Source: Solirubrobacteraceae bacterium (GTDB taxonomy: Bacteria; Actinomycetota; Thermoleophilia; Solirubrobacterales; Solirubrobacteraceae). Taken from it: DNA of 64,000 nucleotides. Made by a program: the position numbers and the translations under genes. This document shows positions 1-9,508 of this stretch, one piece after another (the stretch's first letter is position 1; every line of letters starts with the position of its first letter). A model generated the notes under the pieces. It did not search any database, was not told the origin of the DNA, and was given only the letters and a program-made list of their open reading frames with translations. Location: the NCBI GenBank assembly GCA_030447785.1, contig JAUJOF010000003.1, forward strand, positions 90,572 to 154,571, in the 5' to 3' direction.

Positions 1-67
1 GGCCGCCCGGCTGGTCCGTCCGCGGCGCCAGACGACCCGGGCCGTCAACTTGTTCCGCCACGGACCC

Positions 68-976
68 TTAGGCGGGCCGACGGGCCGCGACGAGCAGGTT
101 GTAGAAGATGGTCGGCGGCAGGCGGCGCTCGAGCATGCGGCGGTCGACCTCCTGCAGGAAGAGGTAGCCGCGGTAGGCGTACTGGCGCCAGGCCATCGGC
201 ACCTCGGCGGGCTCGGCGGTCGACTCCAGCGCGCGGTTGGCCCAGCCGAACCAGTTGGCCAGCAGCTCCTCGCCGCTCACCCGTACGTCGGCAAAGCCCG
301 CCGAGCGGGCGTGGCGGGCCAGGTCGTCGGGAAGGAAGACGTGCACGTCGACCTGGTGTTCGAGGCCGAGGTCGACAGCCCCGGCGCCGTCGTGGGGCCG
401 GGCGGCCGAGGCGCGGACGAGCGCGCGCCACGCGGGGGCGACGCGGTGGGCGGCCCGCTTGGGCCACGCGGCGATCCGGTCGCCGACGCGGGAGGGCTCG
501 CCGGCGAAGACGAGGGTCCCGCCCGGGCGCAGCACGCGCAGGAACTCGGCGAAGGCGCGGTCCAGGTTGGGGAGGTGGTGGAGCACCGCGTGGCCCAGGA
601 CCAGGTCGAAGCGCTCGTCGGCCAGCGGCAGCGCTTCGGCGTCGGCGGCGACGGTCTCGACCTCCAGGCCCAGCCGCGCGGCGTTGCGCTGCAGCTGCTC
701 GAGCATGCCCGGCGAGATGTCCGTGCACACCGCCTCGCGCACCGCGCCCGCGCGCAGCAGGTTGAGGGCGAAGTAGCCCGTGCCCGCGCCGATCTCCAGC
801 GCGCGGTCGAACACCGGCACGTCTTCGCCCAGCGCCTTGCGCACCTTGCCCAGAACCTGGCCGCGGCCGGTATCGCCGAAGTTGATGCCCCACTTGGCGT
901 CGTAGGAGTCCGCCGCGCGATCGTGATAGCGGGTGTTGACGTCGCGGATCGAATCCGCGGTGGCCGGGGCCGCCAT
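68..976 (-). CDS. class I SAM-dependent methyltransferase
   Basis: 302-aa ORF with SAM-binding motif I (ALEIGAGTGYF), an acidic loop (CTDISPGM) and downstream motifs (LVLGHAVLHH, LRPGGTLVF). Composition is protein-like, unlike the overlapping shadow ORFs. Confidence 0.85.
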   Translation of the reverse strand: MAAPATADSIRDVNTRYHDRAADSYDAKWGINFGDTGRGQVLGKVRKALGEDVPVFDRALEIGAGTGYFALNLLRAGAVREAVCTDISPGMLEQLQRNAARLGLEVETVAADAEALPLADERFDLVLGHAVLHHLPNLDRAFAEFLRVLRPGGTLVFAGEPSRVGDRIAAWPKRAAHRVAPAWRALVRASAARPHDGAGAVDLGLEHQVDVHVFLPDDLARHARSAGFADVRVSGEELLANWFGWANRALESTAEPAEVPMAWRQYAYRGYLFLQEVDRRMLERRLPPTIFYNLLVAARRPA

Positions 977-1026
977 AGGGCGCGGCAGTGTACCCGCGCC
1001 TTGCGGGCGGTAGCGTGCGCCGGCGC

Positions 1027-1797
1027 ATGGCCGCGGACTCGCCGCTCTTCCTCCAGCGCGACCAGCCTCCGGGCGTGCCGCCGCTGGCCCTGACGGGTGA
1101 GCGCACGCTGCCCGACGTGCCCGAGGAGAACTACTGGTTTCGCCGCCACCTCGTCGTCTACGAGTGGATCGCGCAACGCCTCGGCGGGCGGTCGGTCGTG
1201 GACATGGCCTGTGGCGAGGGCTATGGCGCCGACGTGCTCGCTCGCACGGCCCGCTGCGTGGTGGGCGTGGAGGCCAATTCCGAGGCCTACGAGCACGCCC
1301 GGCTGCGCTACGTGCGCGACAACCTGCGCTTCGCTCGCGACATGGTCGAGACGTTCGCGCAGTCCGCCGACACGGTCGTGTTCTTGCAGACCATCGAGCA
1401 CGTGCGCGGCCCCGGCGAGGTGCTCGAGCACTTCAAGCGCCTCGCGCCCACGGCCTACATCTCCACCCCCAACGTGCTCACGCTCGCGCCCAAGGGGGCC
1501 GAGCGCTCGGGCAACCCGTGGCACGTGCACGAGTACCACGCCGAGGAGTTCCGCGCCCTGCTGGCCGACCACTACGCCGAGGTCGAGCTGCTCGGGCTGT
1601 TCCACGCGCGAAAGCTGCGCGCCCACGAGCTGGCCCTGCGCGCGGGCTGGGACGCCGTGCATCCGCGCCTGCGCCTCACCAGGCCCTTCTACGACCGCTT
1701 CACGCCGGCCATCGGCGTGCGCGACTTCGCCCTGCATCGGTCTCCGCCCGCTGACCTGGACCGCGCGCTCGACTTCGTGGCCGTCTGCCGGGCATGA
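1027..1797 (+). CDS. SAM-dependent methyltransferase
   Basis: ORF 988-1797. I prefer the ATG at 1027 (MAADSPLF). Motif I is VVDMACGEGYGADVL, followed by VVGVEAN and VVFLQTIEHV. The stop overlaps the next gene's start (ATGA at 1794-1797). Confidence 0.8.
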   Translation: MAADSPLFLQRDQPPGVPPLALTGERTLPDVPEENYWFRRHLVVYEWIAQRLGGRSVVDMACGEGYGADVLARTARCVVGVEANSEAYEHARLRYVRDNLRFARDMVETFAQSADTVVFLQTIEHVRGPGEVLEHFKRLAPTAYISTPNVLTLAPKGAERSGNPWHVHEYHAEEFRALLADHYAEVELLGLFHARKLRAHELALRAGWDAVHPRLRLTRPFYDRFTPAIGVRDFALHRSPPADLDRALDFVAVCRA

Positions 1798-3179
1798 GGG
1801 CCGCCCCCGGGCGGGCGGCCCTCGTCCTGCACACCCACATGCCCTACGTCGAGGGCTTCGGGACGTGGCCCTTCGGCGAGGAGTGGCTGTGGGAGGCCGT
1901 CGCGACCTCCTACCTGCCCCTCCTGAAGGTCCTGCGCGCCGGGGCGCCGGTGACCCTCTCGCTCACCCCGGTGCTCTGCGACCAGCTGGAGGCCCCCGGC
2001 GCGCTGGAGCGCTGCCTGGCCTTCCTGCGCGAGGTGCGCCCCGCCTCGCATGCGCTCGACGCCGAGGCGGCCGGCGACCCCGCGGTGGCCGCCGAGCTGC
2101 AGCGCGCCGCCGGGGACTACGCCCGCGCCGCCGATGTGCTGGAGGATCTGGGCGGCGACCTGCTCGGGGCGCTCGCGCCCTTCGCCGCGTGGACCTCCGC
2201 GGCCACCCACGCGGTGCTGCCCCTGCTGGCCACTGAGGCCGGCGTGCGCCTGCAGCTGCGCGCGGGCATCGACGCCCACCGGGCGCGCTTCGCCGCCGCC
2301 GAGTGGCCCGGGGGCCTGTGGCTGCCCGAGTGCGCGCACGCTCCCTGGCTCGACCCGCTACTGGCGGAGGCCGGGGTCCACGCGACCTGCGTCGAGCTGA
2401 CCGACGTCCTCGGCCTGGGCGACCCGCGCCAGCTGCGCCCGCTGGCCTCGACGGCCGGCCCGTTGCTGGTGCCCGTCGACCGGGCGGTCATCGACCTGGT
2501 CTGGCACCCCGCCGGCTACCCCGCCCACGCCGCCTACCGCGACTCCCACGCGATGACCGAGCGCCGCCACCATCCGTGGGCCAACGACGGCGCCGTCTAC
2601 GACCCCGACCGGGCCGCGCGCACGGCGCGCGAGCACGCCGCCGACTTCGTCGCGCGGGTGCGCGAGCGGGTGGCCGGCGGTGGCCTGTGCGTGTGCGCGC
2701 TGGACACCGAGCTGCTGGGGGTCTGGTGGCACGAGGGTCCGATCTGGCTGGCCGGTGTGGTGCAGGAGGCCGCCGCACAGGGCCTGGAGCTGGCGGCTCT
2801 GGACGAGGCGCTGGTCGAGGTCGACCCGGCGCCCGCGCCCGAGGACCTGCCCGTGACGACCTGGGGGACCCCCCGTGACCTGTCCACCTGGAGCGGCCCG
2901 GCGGTCGCGCCGCTGGCCTGGCGGGCACGCGAGGGGGAGCTGGCGGTGGTGGCCGCCGGCCCGCACGCCGGCCCGCGGGCGGTGCGCGAGCTGCTGGCCC
3001 TGCAGGCCAGCGACTGGGCCTTCGCGGTCGCCCGCGACAGGGCCGCGCCCTACGGGCGCGCGCGCTCGGAGGGCCACCGCGCGGCGCTCGCGACCGCCCT
3101 GGCGGGGCCCCACGACGCCGATCCCGCGCTGCGCAACCTCGCGCCGCACGCCACGCCCCGGGCGCTGCTGTCGCCCTGA
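1794..3179 (+). CDS. GH57-family alpha-glucan branching-enzyme-like protein (DUF1957 type)
   Basis: The N-terminus LVLHTHMPYVEGFGTWPFGEEWLWEAVATSYLPLL is the characteristic GH57/DUF1957 opening. The ORF is 461 aa and translationally coupled to the upstream methyltransferase. Confidence 0.75.
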   Translation: MRAAPGRAALVLHTHMPYVEGFGTWPFGEEWLWEAVATSYLPLLKVLRAGAPVTLSLTPVLCDQLEAPGALERCLAFLREVRPASHALDAEAAGDPAVAAELQRAAGDYARAADVLEDLGGDLLGALAPFAAWTSAATHAVLPLLATEAGVRLQLRAGIDAHRARFAAAEWPGGLWLPECAHAPWLDPLLAEAGVHATCVELTDVLGLGDPRQLRPLASTAGPLLVPVDRAVIDLVWHPAGYPAHAAYRDSHAMTERRHHPWANDGAVYDPDRAARTAREHAADFVARVRERVAGGGLCVCALDTELLGVWWHEGPIWLAGVVQEAAAQGLELAALDEALVEVDPAPAPEDLPVTTWGTPRDLSTWSGPAVAPLAWRAREGELAVVAAGPHAGPRAVRELLALQASDWAFAVARDRAAPYGRARSEGHRAALATALAGPHDADPALRNLAPHATPRALLSP

Positions 3180-3278
3180 GGAGCGCCCGCCCGGGCCGGT
3201 CGCCGCATTGCGGGGATGTGAGCGCTCAGGCCGCGTTCCGTCCGGCGGCTCGCTACTCTTTCGCGCTTCGCAGTGCCC

Positions 3279-3422
3279 ATAACGCCGAGTCCCCGCGCGC
3301 GCCGATGCGCCGGGGAGCGGGGGACCCAGGGCCGGAGCCGTTCCGGCCAGGGGCGAATCGCCGCCACGAGCGCGGCGTAGCGCAGGTCTTCGCGCGAGCC
3401 CGACAGCTAACCCCGTAGGCGC
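3279..3422 (+). promoter_or_regulatory. c-di-AMP riboswitch (ydaO/yuaA class) in the leader of the Rpf-like gene
   Basis: The conserved ydaO boxes occur in the correct order: AACGCCGAGUC, GGAGCGGGGGACCCA, GGGGCGAAUC, and CCCGACAGCUAACCCCGUAGGCG. The element ends about 20 nt before the SD (AAAGGGA) and the ATG at 3444. Confidence 0.8.
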
Positions 3423-3443
3423 CGAGACCGAAAGGGATCCGCC

Positions 3444-4103
3444 ATGCAACGAGACCTGTCCTCCCCTGTCCTCTGGCGGCGTTCGCTGCGCGCCTCGCAG
3501 GAGCGCCGGCGCACCGCTGCGCGCCGCGCTCTGACCGAGCGCATCGGGCGCCGCGGTGCCGTGGCCGCGGTCTGCACGCTGGCCGTGATGGCCGGCGGCG
3601 CGGCCGCCCACGAGCGCTCGAACTCCGAGCGCTCCGGGGCCGTGCGCTCCGCCCAGGGCTTCTCGGTCAAGGCCGTGCAGTCGGCCCTGGGCGTCAGCGC
3701 CGACGGGGTCTTCGGTCCCCGGACCCGTCGCGCCGTCCGCGCCTTCCAGCGCCGCGAGGGCCTGGTGGTGGACGGCGTCGTCGGTCCGAGCACGCTCGCC
3801 GCGCTCGGCTTGAACAGCGGCGGGTCCTCGAACGCCGGCTCCTCGGACGGCGGCTCTGACTCGGGCGCCGGCGGGACCGGCTCCTCCGGCCGCCTAGAGG
3901 AGATCGCCCAGTGCGAGTCCGCCGGCAACCCCGGCGCCGTCTCGTCCAACGGTCGTTACCGTGGCAAGTACCAGTTCTCGCGCGAGACCTGGTCCAACCT
4001 CGGCGGCGAGGGCGATCCCGCCGACGCCTCCGAGGCCGAGCAGGACCGCCTCGCGGCCAAGCTGTACGCCCAATCGGGCGGCAGCGCCTGGCCGAACTGC
4101 TAG
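3444..4103 (+). CDS. secreted peptidoglycan-binding protein with C-terminal Rpf-like transglycosylase domain
   Basis: A PG_binding_1-like repeat is present (VQSALGVSADGVFGPRTRRAVRAFQRREGLVVDGVVGPSTLAAL). The C-terminal resuscitation-promoting-factor-type motif is IAQCESAGNPGAVSSNGRYRGKYQFSRETW...SAWPNC. Confidence 0.8.
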   Translation: MQRDLSSPVLWRRSLRASQERRRTAARRALTERIGRRGAVAAVCTLAVMAGGAAAHERSNSERSGAVRSAQGFSVKAVQSALGVSADGVFGPRTRRAVRAFQRREGLVVDGVVGPSTLAALGLNSGGSSNAGSSDGGSDSGAGGTGSSGRLEEIAQCESAGNPGAVSSNGRYRGKYQFSRETWSNLGGEGDPADASEAEQDRLAAKLYAQSGGSAWPNC

Positions 4104-4145
4104 CGGGACCGCCCGGTCCCGCGAACTGCCGCGCGTCGCGAGGCG

Positions 4146-4829
4146 TCAGGCCCAGCGAAGGCTGGCCGGCGTCTCGCGCATGCGCAGCACCCGCGCCGGG
4201 ATGCCGCCCACCACGGCACCGTCGGGCACGTCGCGGGTGACCACCGCGTACGTCCCGATCACCGCGTTGTCGCCCACGGTGACGCCGCGCAGGAAGCAGG
4301 CCCCGTAGCCGATCCACACGTTGTGGCCGACGCGCACGTCGCGCTTGTAGATTCCCTGCAGGCGGATCGGGCGCTCGACCTCCACCACCCCGTGGTCGAA
4401 GTCGATCAGCATGACCCGATCGGCCACGATGCACTCCCGACCGATGGAGACGTGCTTGAAGGAGGAGATCGTGCATTCCTGACCGAGCACGGTCTTGGCG
4501 CCGATGCGCACCTCACCCTCGTGAGCGCGCACCTTGCAGTCGTGGCCGATCCACGACCAGCGGCCGAGCACCACGCGCGCGTCCCTGCCGATCTCGAGCT
4601 TTACCCGGGGACCGACGAAGGCGATGCCGTCCACCTGCAGCCGCCCCCCCCAGCGCAGCTTGAGCCACGCCAGGCGCACCAGCAGCCTCCCGTACCTGAG
4701 GCTGAGCATCCGGTTGCGGCGCATGAAGCGCAGCACGGTCAGCGGGCCGCCGTGCAAGGGAGGCGGCTCGTCGCGCACGAGGGGTGCAGCCTCGGCGGCC
4801 GTCTCGGGAGGGCTGAGCACGCGCTCCAC
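4146..4829 (-). CDS. hexapeptide-repeat (left-handed beta-helix) acyl/acetyltransferase
   Basis: The C-terminal half carries typical LbH repeats (VRVGHNVWIGYGACFLRGVTVGDNAVIGTYAVVTRDVPDGAVVGGIPARV). Confidence 0.75.
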   Translation of the reverse strand: MERVLSPPETAAEAAPLVRDEPPPLHGGPLTVLRFMRRNRMLSLRYGRLLVRLAWLKLRWGGRLQVDGIAFVGPRVKLEIGRDARVVLGRWSWIGHDCKVRAHEGEVRIGAKTVLGQECTISSFKHVSIGRECIVADRVMLIDFDHGVVEVERPIRLQGIYKRDVRVGHNVWIGYGACFLRGVTVGDNAVIGTYAVVTRDVPDGAVVGGIPARVLRMRETPASLRWA

Positions 4830-4923
4830 CCCGTCGATGGTAATCGGGGCGCGGGACCCGGCGCCGCGGCCATGTGGCCGCTTCGCGCCGCGCGAGCCCC
4901 GGCGCTGGCATCATGCGCGGCGC

Positions 4924-5880
4924 ATGGCCGACGACCGCTCGCTCGCCCAGCGCCTGCTCGACGGCGACCGCCGGGCGCTCGCGCGGGCCATCTCGCTGGT
5001 GGAGGACGACGATCCGGCCGGGTGGGAAATCGTGCGCGAGGTCTATCCGCGCACGGGCCAGGCCGCGGTGGCGGGCATCACCGGGGCACCGGGCGCGGGC
5101 AAGTCCACGCTGATCAGCGCGCTGGTGCGCAACCGTCGTGAGGCCGGGCGCAGCGTCGCGGTGCTGTCCATCGACCCGACCTCCCCCTTCACCCAGGGCG
5201 CCCTGCTGGGCGATCGCATACGCCTCACCGAGCACTTCCTCGACAAGGGCGTGTTCATCCGCTCGATGGCCAATCGCGGCGCGCTGGGGGGCCTGAGCGA
5301 GGCGACCCTGCAGGCAGCGCTGCTCATGGACGCCGCCGGACGCGACGACGTGCTGGTGGAGACCGTCGGCGTCGGGCAGGCCGACGTGGACGTCATCGAC
5401 CACGCCGACACGGTGGTGCTCGTGCTCGTCCCCGGCTCGGGCGACTCCATCCAGGCCCTCAAGGCGGGCATCATGGAGATCCCCGACATCATCGTGGTCA
5501 ACAAGGCCGACCACCCACTGGCCGAGACCATGGTGCGCGAGATTCGCGGCGTGCTGTCCCTGGCGCCCCAGGGGGGCTGGCGTGTGCCCATCGTCAAGAC
5601 CGAGGCCGCCCGGGGCGAGGGCGTGGACACCCTCGTCGAGAAGCTGGTCGAGCACCGCGCGCACATCGAGGCGGAGGGCACCCTCTCCGAGCGCCGGCGG
5701 CGCAACCTGCGAAACGAGGTGCTCGCGCTGGCCGCCGCGCGCCTGCGCCGCCGCCTCGAGGCCGGCCTCGAGGAGGACCCCCACTTCCAGACGCTGATCG
5801 CCGAGGTCGTCGAGCGCCGACTCGATCCGGCCACCGCTGCCGGGCGCGTGCTGGAACGCGAGGGCGTCGAGAGCGCCTAG
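4924..5880 (+). CDS. meaB: methylmalonyl-CoA mutase-associated GTPase MeaB (ArgK family)
   Basis: In-frame ATG at 4924 within ORF 4534-5880. P-loop GITGAPGAGKSTL, then ETVGVGQ and VVNKADH motifs. Confidence 0.85.
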   Translation: MADDRSLAQRLLDGDRRALARAISLVEDDDPAGWEIVREVYPRTGQAAVAGITGAPGAGKSTLISALVRNRREAGRSVAVLSIDPTSPFTQGALLGDRIRLTEHFLDKGVFIRSMANRGALGGLSEATLQAALLMDAAGRDDVLVETVGVGQADVDVIDHADTVVLVLVPGSGDSIQALKAGIMEIPDIIVVNKADHPLAETMVREIRGVLSLAPQGGWRVPIVKTEAARGEGVDTLVEKLVEHRAHIEAEGTLSERRRRNLRNEVLALAAARLRRRLEAGLEEDPHFQTLIAEVVERRLDPATAAGRVLEREGVESA

Positions 5881-5888
5881 GCCGATCC

Positions 5889-7280
5889 TCAGCGCCCGGG
5901 CGCGGCCGTGCGCCAGCGGCTCGCCTCGCGCACCACGACGGCGGCCGCACCGGTGGCGGCCGCGGCGATGGCGATCGTGGCGCCCACGGTCGTGGTGGCG
6001 AAGTCGGGCAGGAGGGTCTCCAGAGGTCCCAGCGGCGCGCGGGACTGCGGGCCCACCCAACCGCGGCCGGTCGCATAGAGCTCGGCCACCAGCCACACGG
6101 AGGTGACCAGCGTCAGCGCAACCAGCGCGCCGCCCATCCGCGGGGCGTGGCGCAGTCCCCACGCCACGAGCCCGACCGCGAGGGGCAGCGCGGCCAGCAG
6201 GTGGCGGCCCGGGAACCAGAAGCCAAACATCGTCGCGGTGAGGAAGACCGCGACGAGCACCTGGGCCACACAGGCCAGCGTGCACAGCAGGGCGGCGACC
6301 TCGACCTCGATGCGCTCGCGCACCACCACCGCCAGATGCTCGCGCCGCGAGCGATACAGCAACCACACGCCGCCGAAGGCCAGCGCCACCACCGGCGCCC
6401 AGCGCAGCGCACCGTAGTCGCGGTCGATCCACAGGGCGACGAGGCGGTGCGTGCGCTCGAGCAAGCCGACCGGCCACGTCGCATCCAGCGGCCCGGCGCC
6501 GGGCGCCGCAGCCGCCTGGGGGGTGGGCCCGCCGTAGAGCGACTGGTTGATCGTCGCGTAGACGATCACCGAGAAGAGAACCAGCTCGCCAGCGAAGAAG
6601 GCTACGAAGCGCCGCTCGCGGCGTAGCAGCCAGCGCACCAGCGCGAGCGCGATGACCGCCGCGGCGGGCGCAAAGCGCACGCTCAGCCACGGTGCGCCGG
6701 CCAGCATGATCGCGCTGGGTGCCGCCCAACGCAGGCGCGGCTCCTCGCGCGCGCGCAGGGCCAGCAGCGCCGCGCCGGCCAGCAGCGCGCCCGCCATCAG
6801 CTCGGGCGACACCCCCGTGGCGTAGGCCAGGACGGGCGGCGACAGCGCACAGGCCAGCGTGGCCAGGCTCGCCCATGGCTCGGGTACCATCCGGCGCGCC
6901 AGCGCGGCGGCGAGCACGAAGGCCAGCGCGGCCACGGCGGCCATCAGCACCTGGACCGCCAGCGGCCCGCCCAGCGCGTAGGCCGGGGCTACGGCCAGGG
7001 CCAGCGCCAGCCCGGCGGGGTCATGGGCGCGCCCCCGGGTCAGCCGGCCACGAGGCTCGAGCTCGTAGGGGTACCAGGCCGCGTAGGCGCGCTGCTCGAA
7101 CTGGTTCATCACGTCCAGGTCGCGGTCGGCGACGATCGACTCGGCGGTCAACAGCACGTGGGGCTCGCCGCCGCCGTAGGCGCTGTCGGCGAAGCTGGGG
7201 ATGGCGAGGGTGGCGGCGTACGCCGCGAAGAGGAGGACCCAGAGCGAGACCGCGCGGCGCACGGCCCCATGTAAGCGCAT
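5889..7280 (-). CDS. polytopic integral membrane protein, possible GT-C-fold glycosyltransferase
   Basis: 463-aa ORF with many hydrophobic helices and a short loop-rich N-terminal region. There is no diagnostic motif, so the function is inferred only from architecture and neighbourhood. Confidence 0.45.
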   Translation of the reverse strand: MRLHGAVRRAVSLWVLLFAAYAATLAIPSFADSAYGGGEPHVLLTAESIVADRDLDVMNQFEQRAYAAWYPYELEPRGRLTRGRAHDPAGLALALAVAPAYALGGPLAVQVLMAAVAALAFVLAAALARRMVPEPWASLATLACALSPPVLAYATGVSPELMAGALLAGAALLALRAREEPRLRWAAPSAIMLAGAPWLSVRFAPAAAVIALALVRWLLRRERRFVAFFAGELVLFSVIVYATINQSLYGGPTPQAAAAPGAGPLDATWPVGLLERTHRLVALWIDRDYGALRWAPVVALAFGGVWLLYRSRREHLAVVVRERIEVEVAALLCTLACVAQVLVAVFLTATMFGFWFPGRHLLAALPLAVGLVAWGLRHAPRMGGALVALTLVTSVWLVAELYATGRGWVGPQSRAPLGPLETLLPDFATTTVGATIAIAAAATGAAAVVVREASRWRTAAPGR

Positions 7281-7323
7281 CGCGACCGGCGCGCTGCTGC
7301 CTGCGCATGCCTAGCAACCCGGC

Positions 7324-7566
7324 ATGCGTACGACGATCGAGCTCTCCGACGACCTCTATCGCCGCCTGCGCGCTGAGCAGATCGAGCGAGGTCTGCGCGG
7401 CTTCTCGCCACTCATCGAGCAGGCCGTCGAGGAGTGGCTCGAGCACAGGCAGGATCTGGCGGACCGCGTGCGTGCCGTCGCCGGCAGCTGGACCGACGAG
7501 GACGTCGACGCTTTCGAGCGCGTGCGAGACGAGGCGTGGGCGTCGTGGCCGGGCGGCCCCTCCTAG
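7324..7566 (+). CDS. vapB: type II antitoxin, VapB-like
   Basis: 80-aa ORF that opens MRTTIELSDDLYRRLR, typical of VapB/RHH-like antitoxins. It overlaps the downstream PIN gene. Confidence 0.7.
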   Translation: MRTTIELSDDLYRRLRAEQIERGLRGFSPLIEQAVEEWLEHRQDLADRVRAVAGSWTDEDVDAFERVRDEAWASWPGGPS

Positions 7567-7946
7567 ACACCGACGTGCTCGTCGATCATCTGCGTGGCCG
7601 CGGACCGGGCCATGAGCTGGTCGATCGGCTCGGTGCAGACTTTCGGGTGAGCGCGGTGACCGCGTTCGAGCTCGCGCTCGGACGGCACAATGAGCACGAA
7701 CGAGAGCCGATCGCCGTCCTGCTCGCTCCGGGCACTGTTTCGCTGACCGCCGACGCCGGCCTGCGCGCGGGTGCTCTCCTCCGTGAGCTTCGCGAGGAGG
7801 GTATGGGCGTCGACGTGCGCGACGCCATGCAAGCGGGCATCGCGCTTCACTTCGGCTTGGCCTTCGTGACGCGAAACATCCGCCACTTCGCCCGGATCGA
7901 AGGCTTGGATGTGCACGAGCCCGCAGGATGGGCGGGTGGCGCTTGA
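7545..7946 (+). CDS. vapC: type II toxin, PIN-domain ribonuclease VapC
   Basis: GTG at 7545 in the frame of ORF 7434-7946. PIN acidic residues sit in LLDTDVLVDH, TAFEL, DAMQAGIA and FVTRNIRHF. It overlaps vapB by 22 nt. Confidence 0.8.
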   Translation: MAGRPLLDTDVLVDHLRGRGPGHELVDRLGADFRVSAVTAFELALGRHNEHEREPIAVLLAPGTVSLTADAGLRAGALLRELREEGMGVDVRDAMQAGIALHFGLAFVTRNIRHFARIEGLDVHEPAGWAGGA

Positions 7947-7983
7947 GCCTCGAGTGCCAGCCGATCGGCTTGGGGCTCCGCCG

Positions 7984-9450
7984 CTAGGCCAGCGAGCGGG
8001 CCAACTCCACGAGCAGGCGCACCCCGAACCCCGACCCGCCCTTGGGTGCGTAGGGGCGCCCGAGGTCCCAGGCGGGGCCGACGATGTCCAGGTGGGCCCA
8101 TGGGACGTCGCCGGTGAAGCGCTGCAGGAAGGTGGCGGCGACGATCGAGGCGGCCTTGCGCTGCTCGTGCAGGTTGGCCACGTCGGCCACGCGGCTGCGC
8201 AGCATCTCGCCGTATTCGGGGTGCAGCGGCAGGCGCCAGGCCAGCTCGCCGGTGGCCCGACCGGCGTCCTCGACGCTGGCCGCCCACCCGTCGTCGTCGG
8301 CCATCAGGCCGCAGTGGGTGTCGCCCAGCGCGGTGACGATGGCGCCGGTGAGCGTGGCCAGGTCGACCAGGCGCTCGGCCCCGAGGGCGACGGCGTGGGC
8401 GAGGCAGTCGGCCAGCACGAGGCGACCCTCCGCGTCGGTGTTGAGCACCTCCACGGTCGTGCCGTCCATGGCGCGAAGCACGTCGCCGGGACGCAGGGCG
8501 CGACCCGAGGGCATGTTCTCCGTCGCGCCCACCACGCCGAGCACGCGCACGGGGAGACCGAGCGCGGCGATCGCGCGCATAGCGCCCAGCACGGCGGCGC
8601 CGCCGGACATGTCGTACTTCATGTCCGCCATCCTGCTGGCGGGCTTGATCGAGATGCCGCCCGTGTCGAAGGTCACCGCCTTGCCCACCAGGCCGAGCAC
8701 GGGACCGGTGGCCTGCGGGGGCTCGTAGCGCAAGGTGATCAGCGCGGGCTCCTCCTCGGCGCCCTGGGCCACCGCCGCGAGGCAGCCCATGCCCCGCGCG
8801 ACGATGCCCGCGCGGCCCTCGACCTCCACCTCGACGCCCTCCAGGCCCCGGGCGGCCTCGGCCAGCGCCATCGGCGTCATGGCGTTGGCCGGGGCGTCCT
8901 GCAGCTCGCGCGCCCAGTTGACCGCCGCCGCGACCACGCCCGCGCGGGCCACCGCGTCGCCGAGGTCGTGGTGGGCGCTGACCAGCAGGCGCTGGGGCCC
9001 TGCACGGTCGTCCTCCTCGGGCACCGACCGGAAGCGGTCGGCGCGGTGGGCGGCCAGCAGGGTGCCCTGCACCAGCGCGGCGGCGATCTCGTCGCCCGCG
9101 CCGTGCGGGACCTCCCAGCACAGCATCCCGGCGCCCAGCTCGCGGGCGCGGCCCAGGGCCACGGCGGCGGCCACGCGGGCGCGCTCGGCGTCGAAGCCCG
9201 CGCGCTCGCCGAGGCCGACCACGATCCAGCGCTTGGCCTGGGCGTAGGCCTGGGCGAGGTGGCGCGCCTTGGGCCGCGCCTCGCCGCGCTCCACCAGCGC
9301 GCCCAGCTCGCCGCCCGAGGTGTCGTGCGCGATCCCCTCCCCCGCGAACAGCCCGACGGCCACCGTGTCGGCCTGGGTGTCGACCGGGAGAAACGTGGTG
9401 GCCTCGACCTCCATGCGGGGCGCCACCCTACCCGTCGCGGGGGCCTCCAC
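7984..9450 (-). CDS. pepA: leucyl aminopeptidase (M17 family)
   Basis: M17 signature NTDAEGRLVLADCL plus VGKAVTFDTGGISIKP and DMSGGAAV. The start could be the internal ATG 36 nt downstream. Confidence 0.9.
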   Translation of the reverse strand: MEAPATGRVAPRMEVEATTFLPVDTQADTVAVGLFAGEGIAHDTSGGELGALVERGEARPKARHLAQAYAQAKRWIVVGLGERAGFDAERARVAAAVALGRARELGAGMLCWEVPHGAGDEIAAALVQGTLLAAHRADRFRSVPEEDDRAGPQRLLVSAHHDLGDAVARAGVVAAAVNWARELQDAPANAMTPMALAEAARGLEGVEVEVEGRAGIVARGMGCLAAVAQGAEEEPALITLRYEPPQATGPVLGLVGKAVTFDTGGISIKPASRMADMKYDMSGGAAVLGAMRAIAALGLPVRVLGVVGATENMPSGRALRPGDVLRAMDGTTVEVLNTDAEGRLVLADCLAHAVALGAERLVDLATLTGAIVTALGDTHCGLMADDDGWAASVEDAGRATGELAWRLPLHPEYGEMLRSRVADVANLHEQRKAASIVAATFLQRFTGDVPWAHLDIVGPAWDLGRPYAPKGGSGFGVRLLVELARSLA

Positions 9451-9508
9451 CTGCTCGACCTAGACTGCGCGCCCACCCGACGCGACCGATCTGGAGAGCC
9501 ACCACCGC

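Noticed and set aside
7281-7323. Duplicated GCATGC palindromes upstream of vapB as a possible operator.
   Set aside because: They are two 6-bp palindromes in a 43-nt spacer of GC-rich DNA, which is too short and simple to distinguish from chance.
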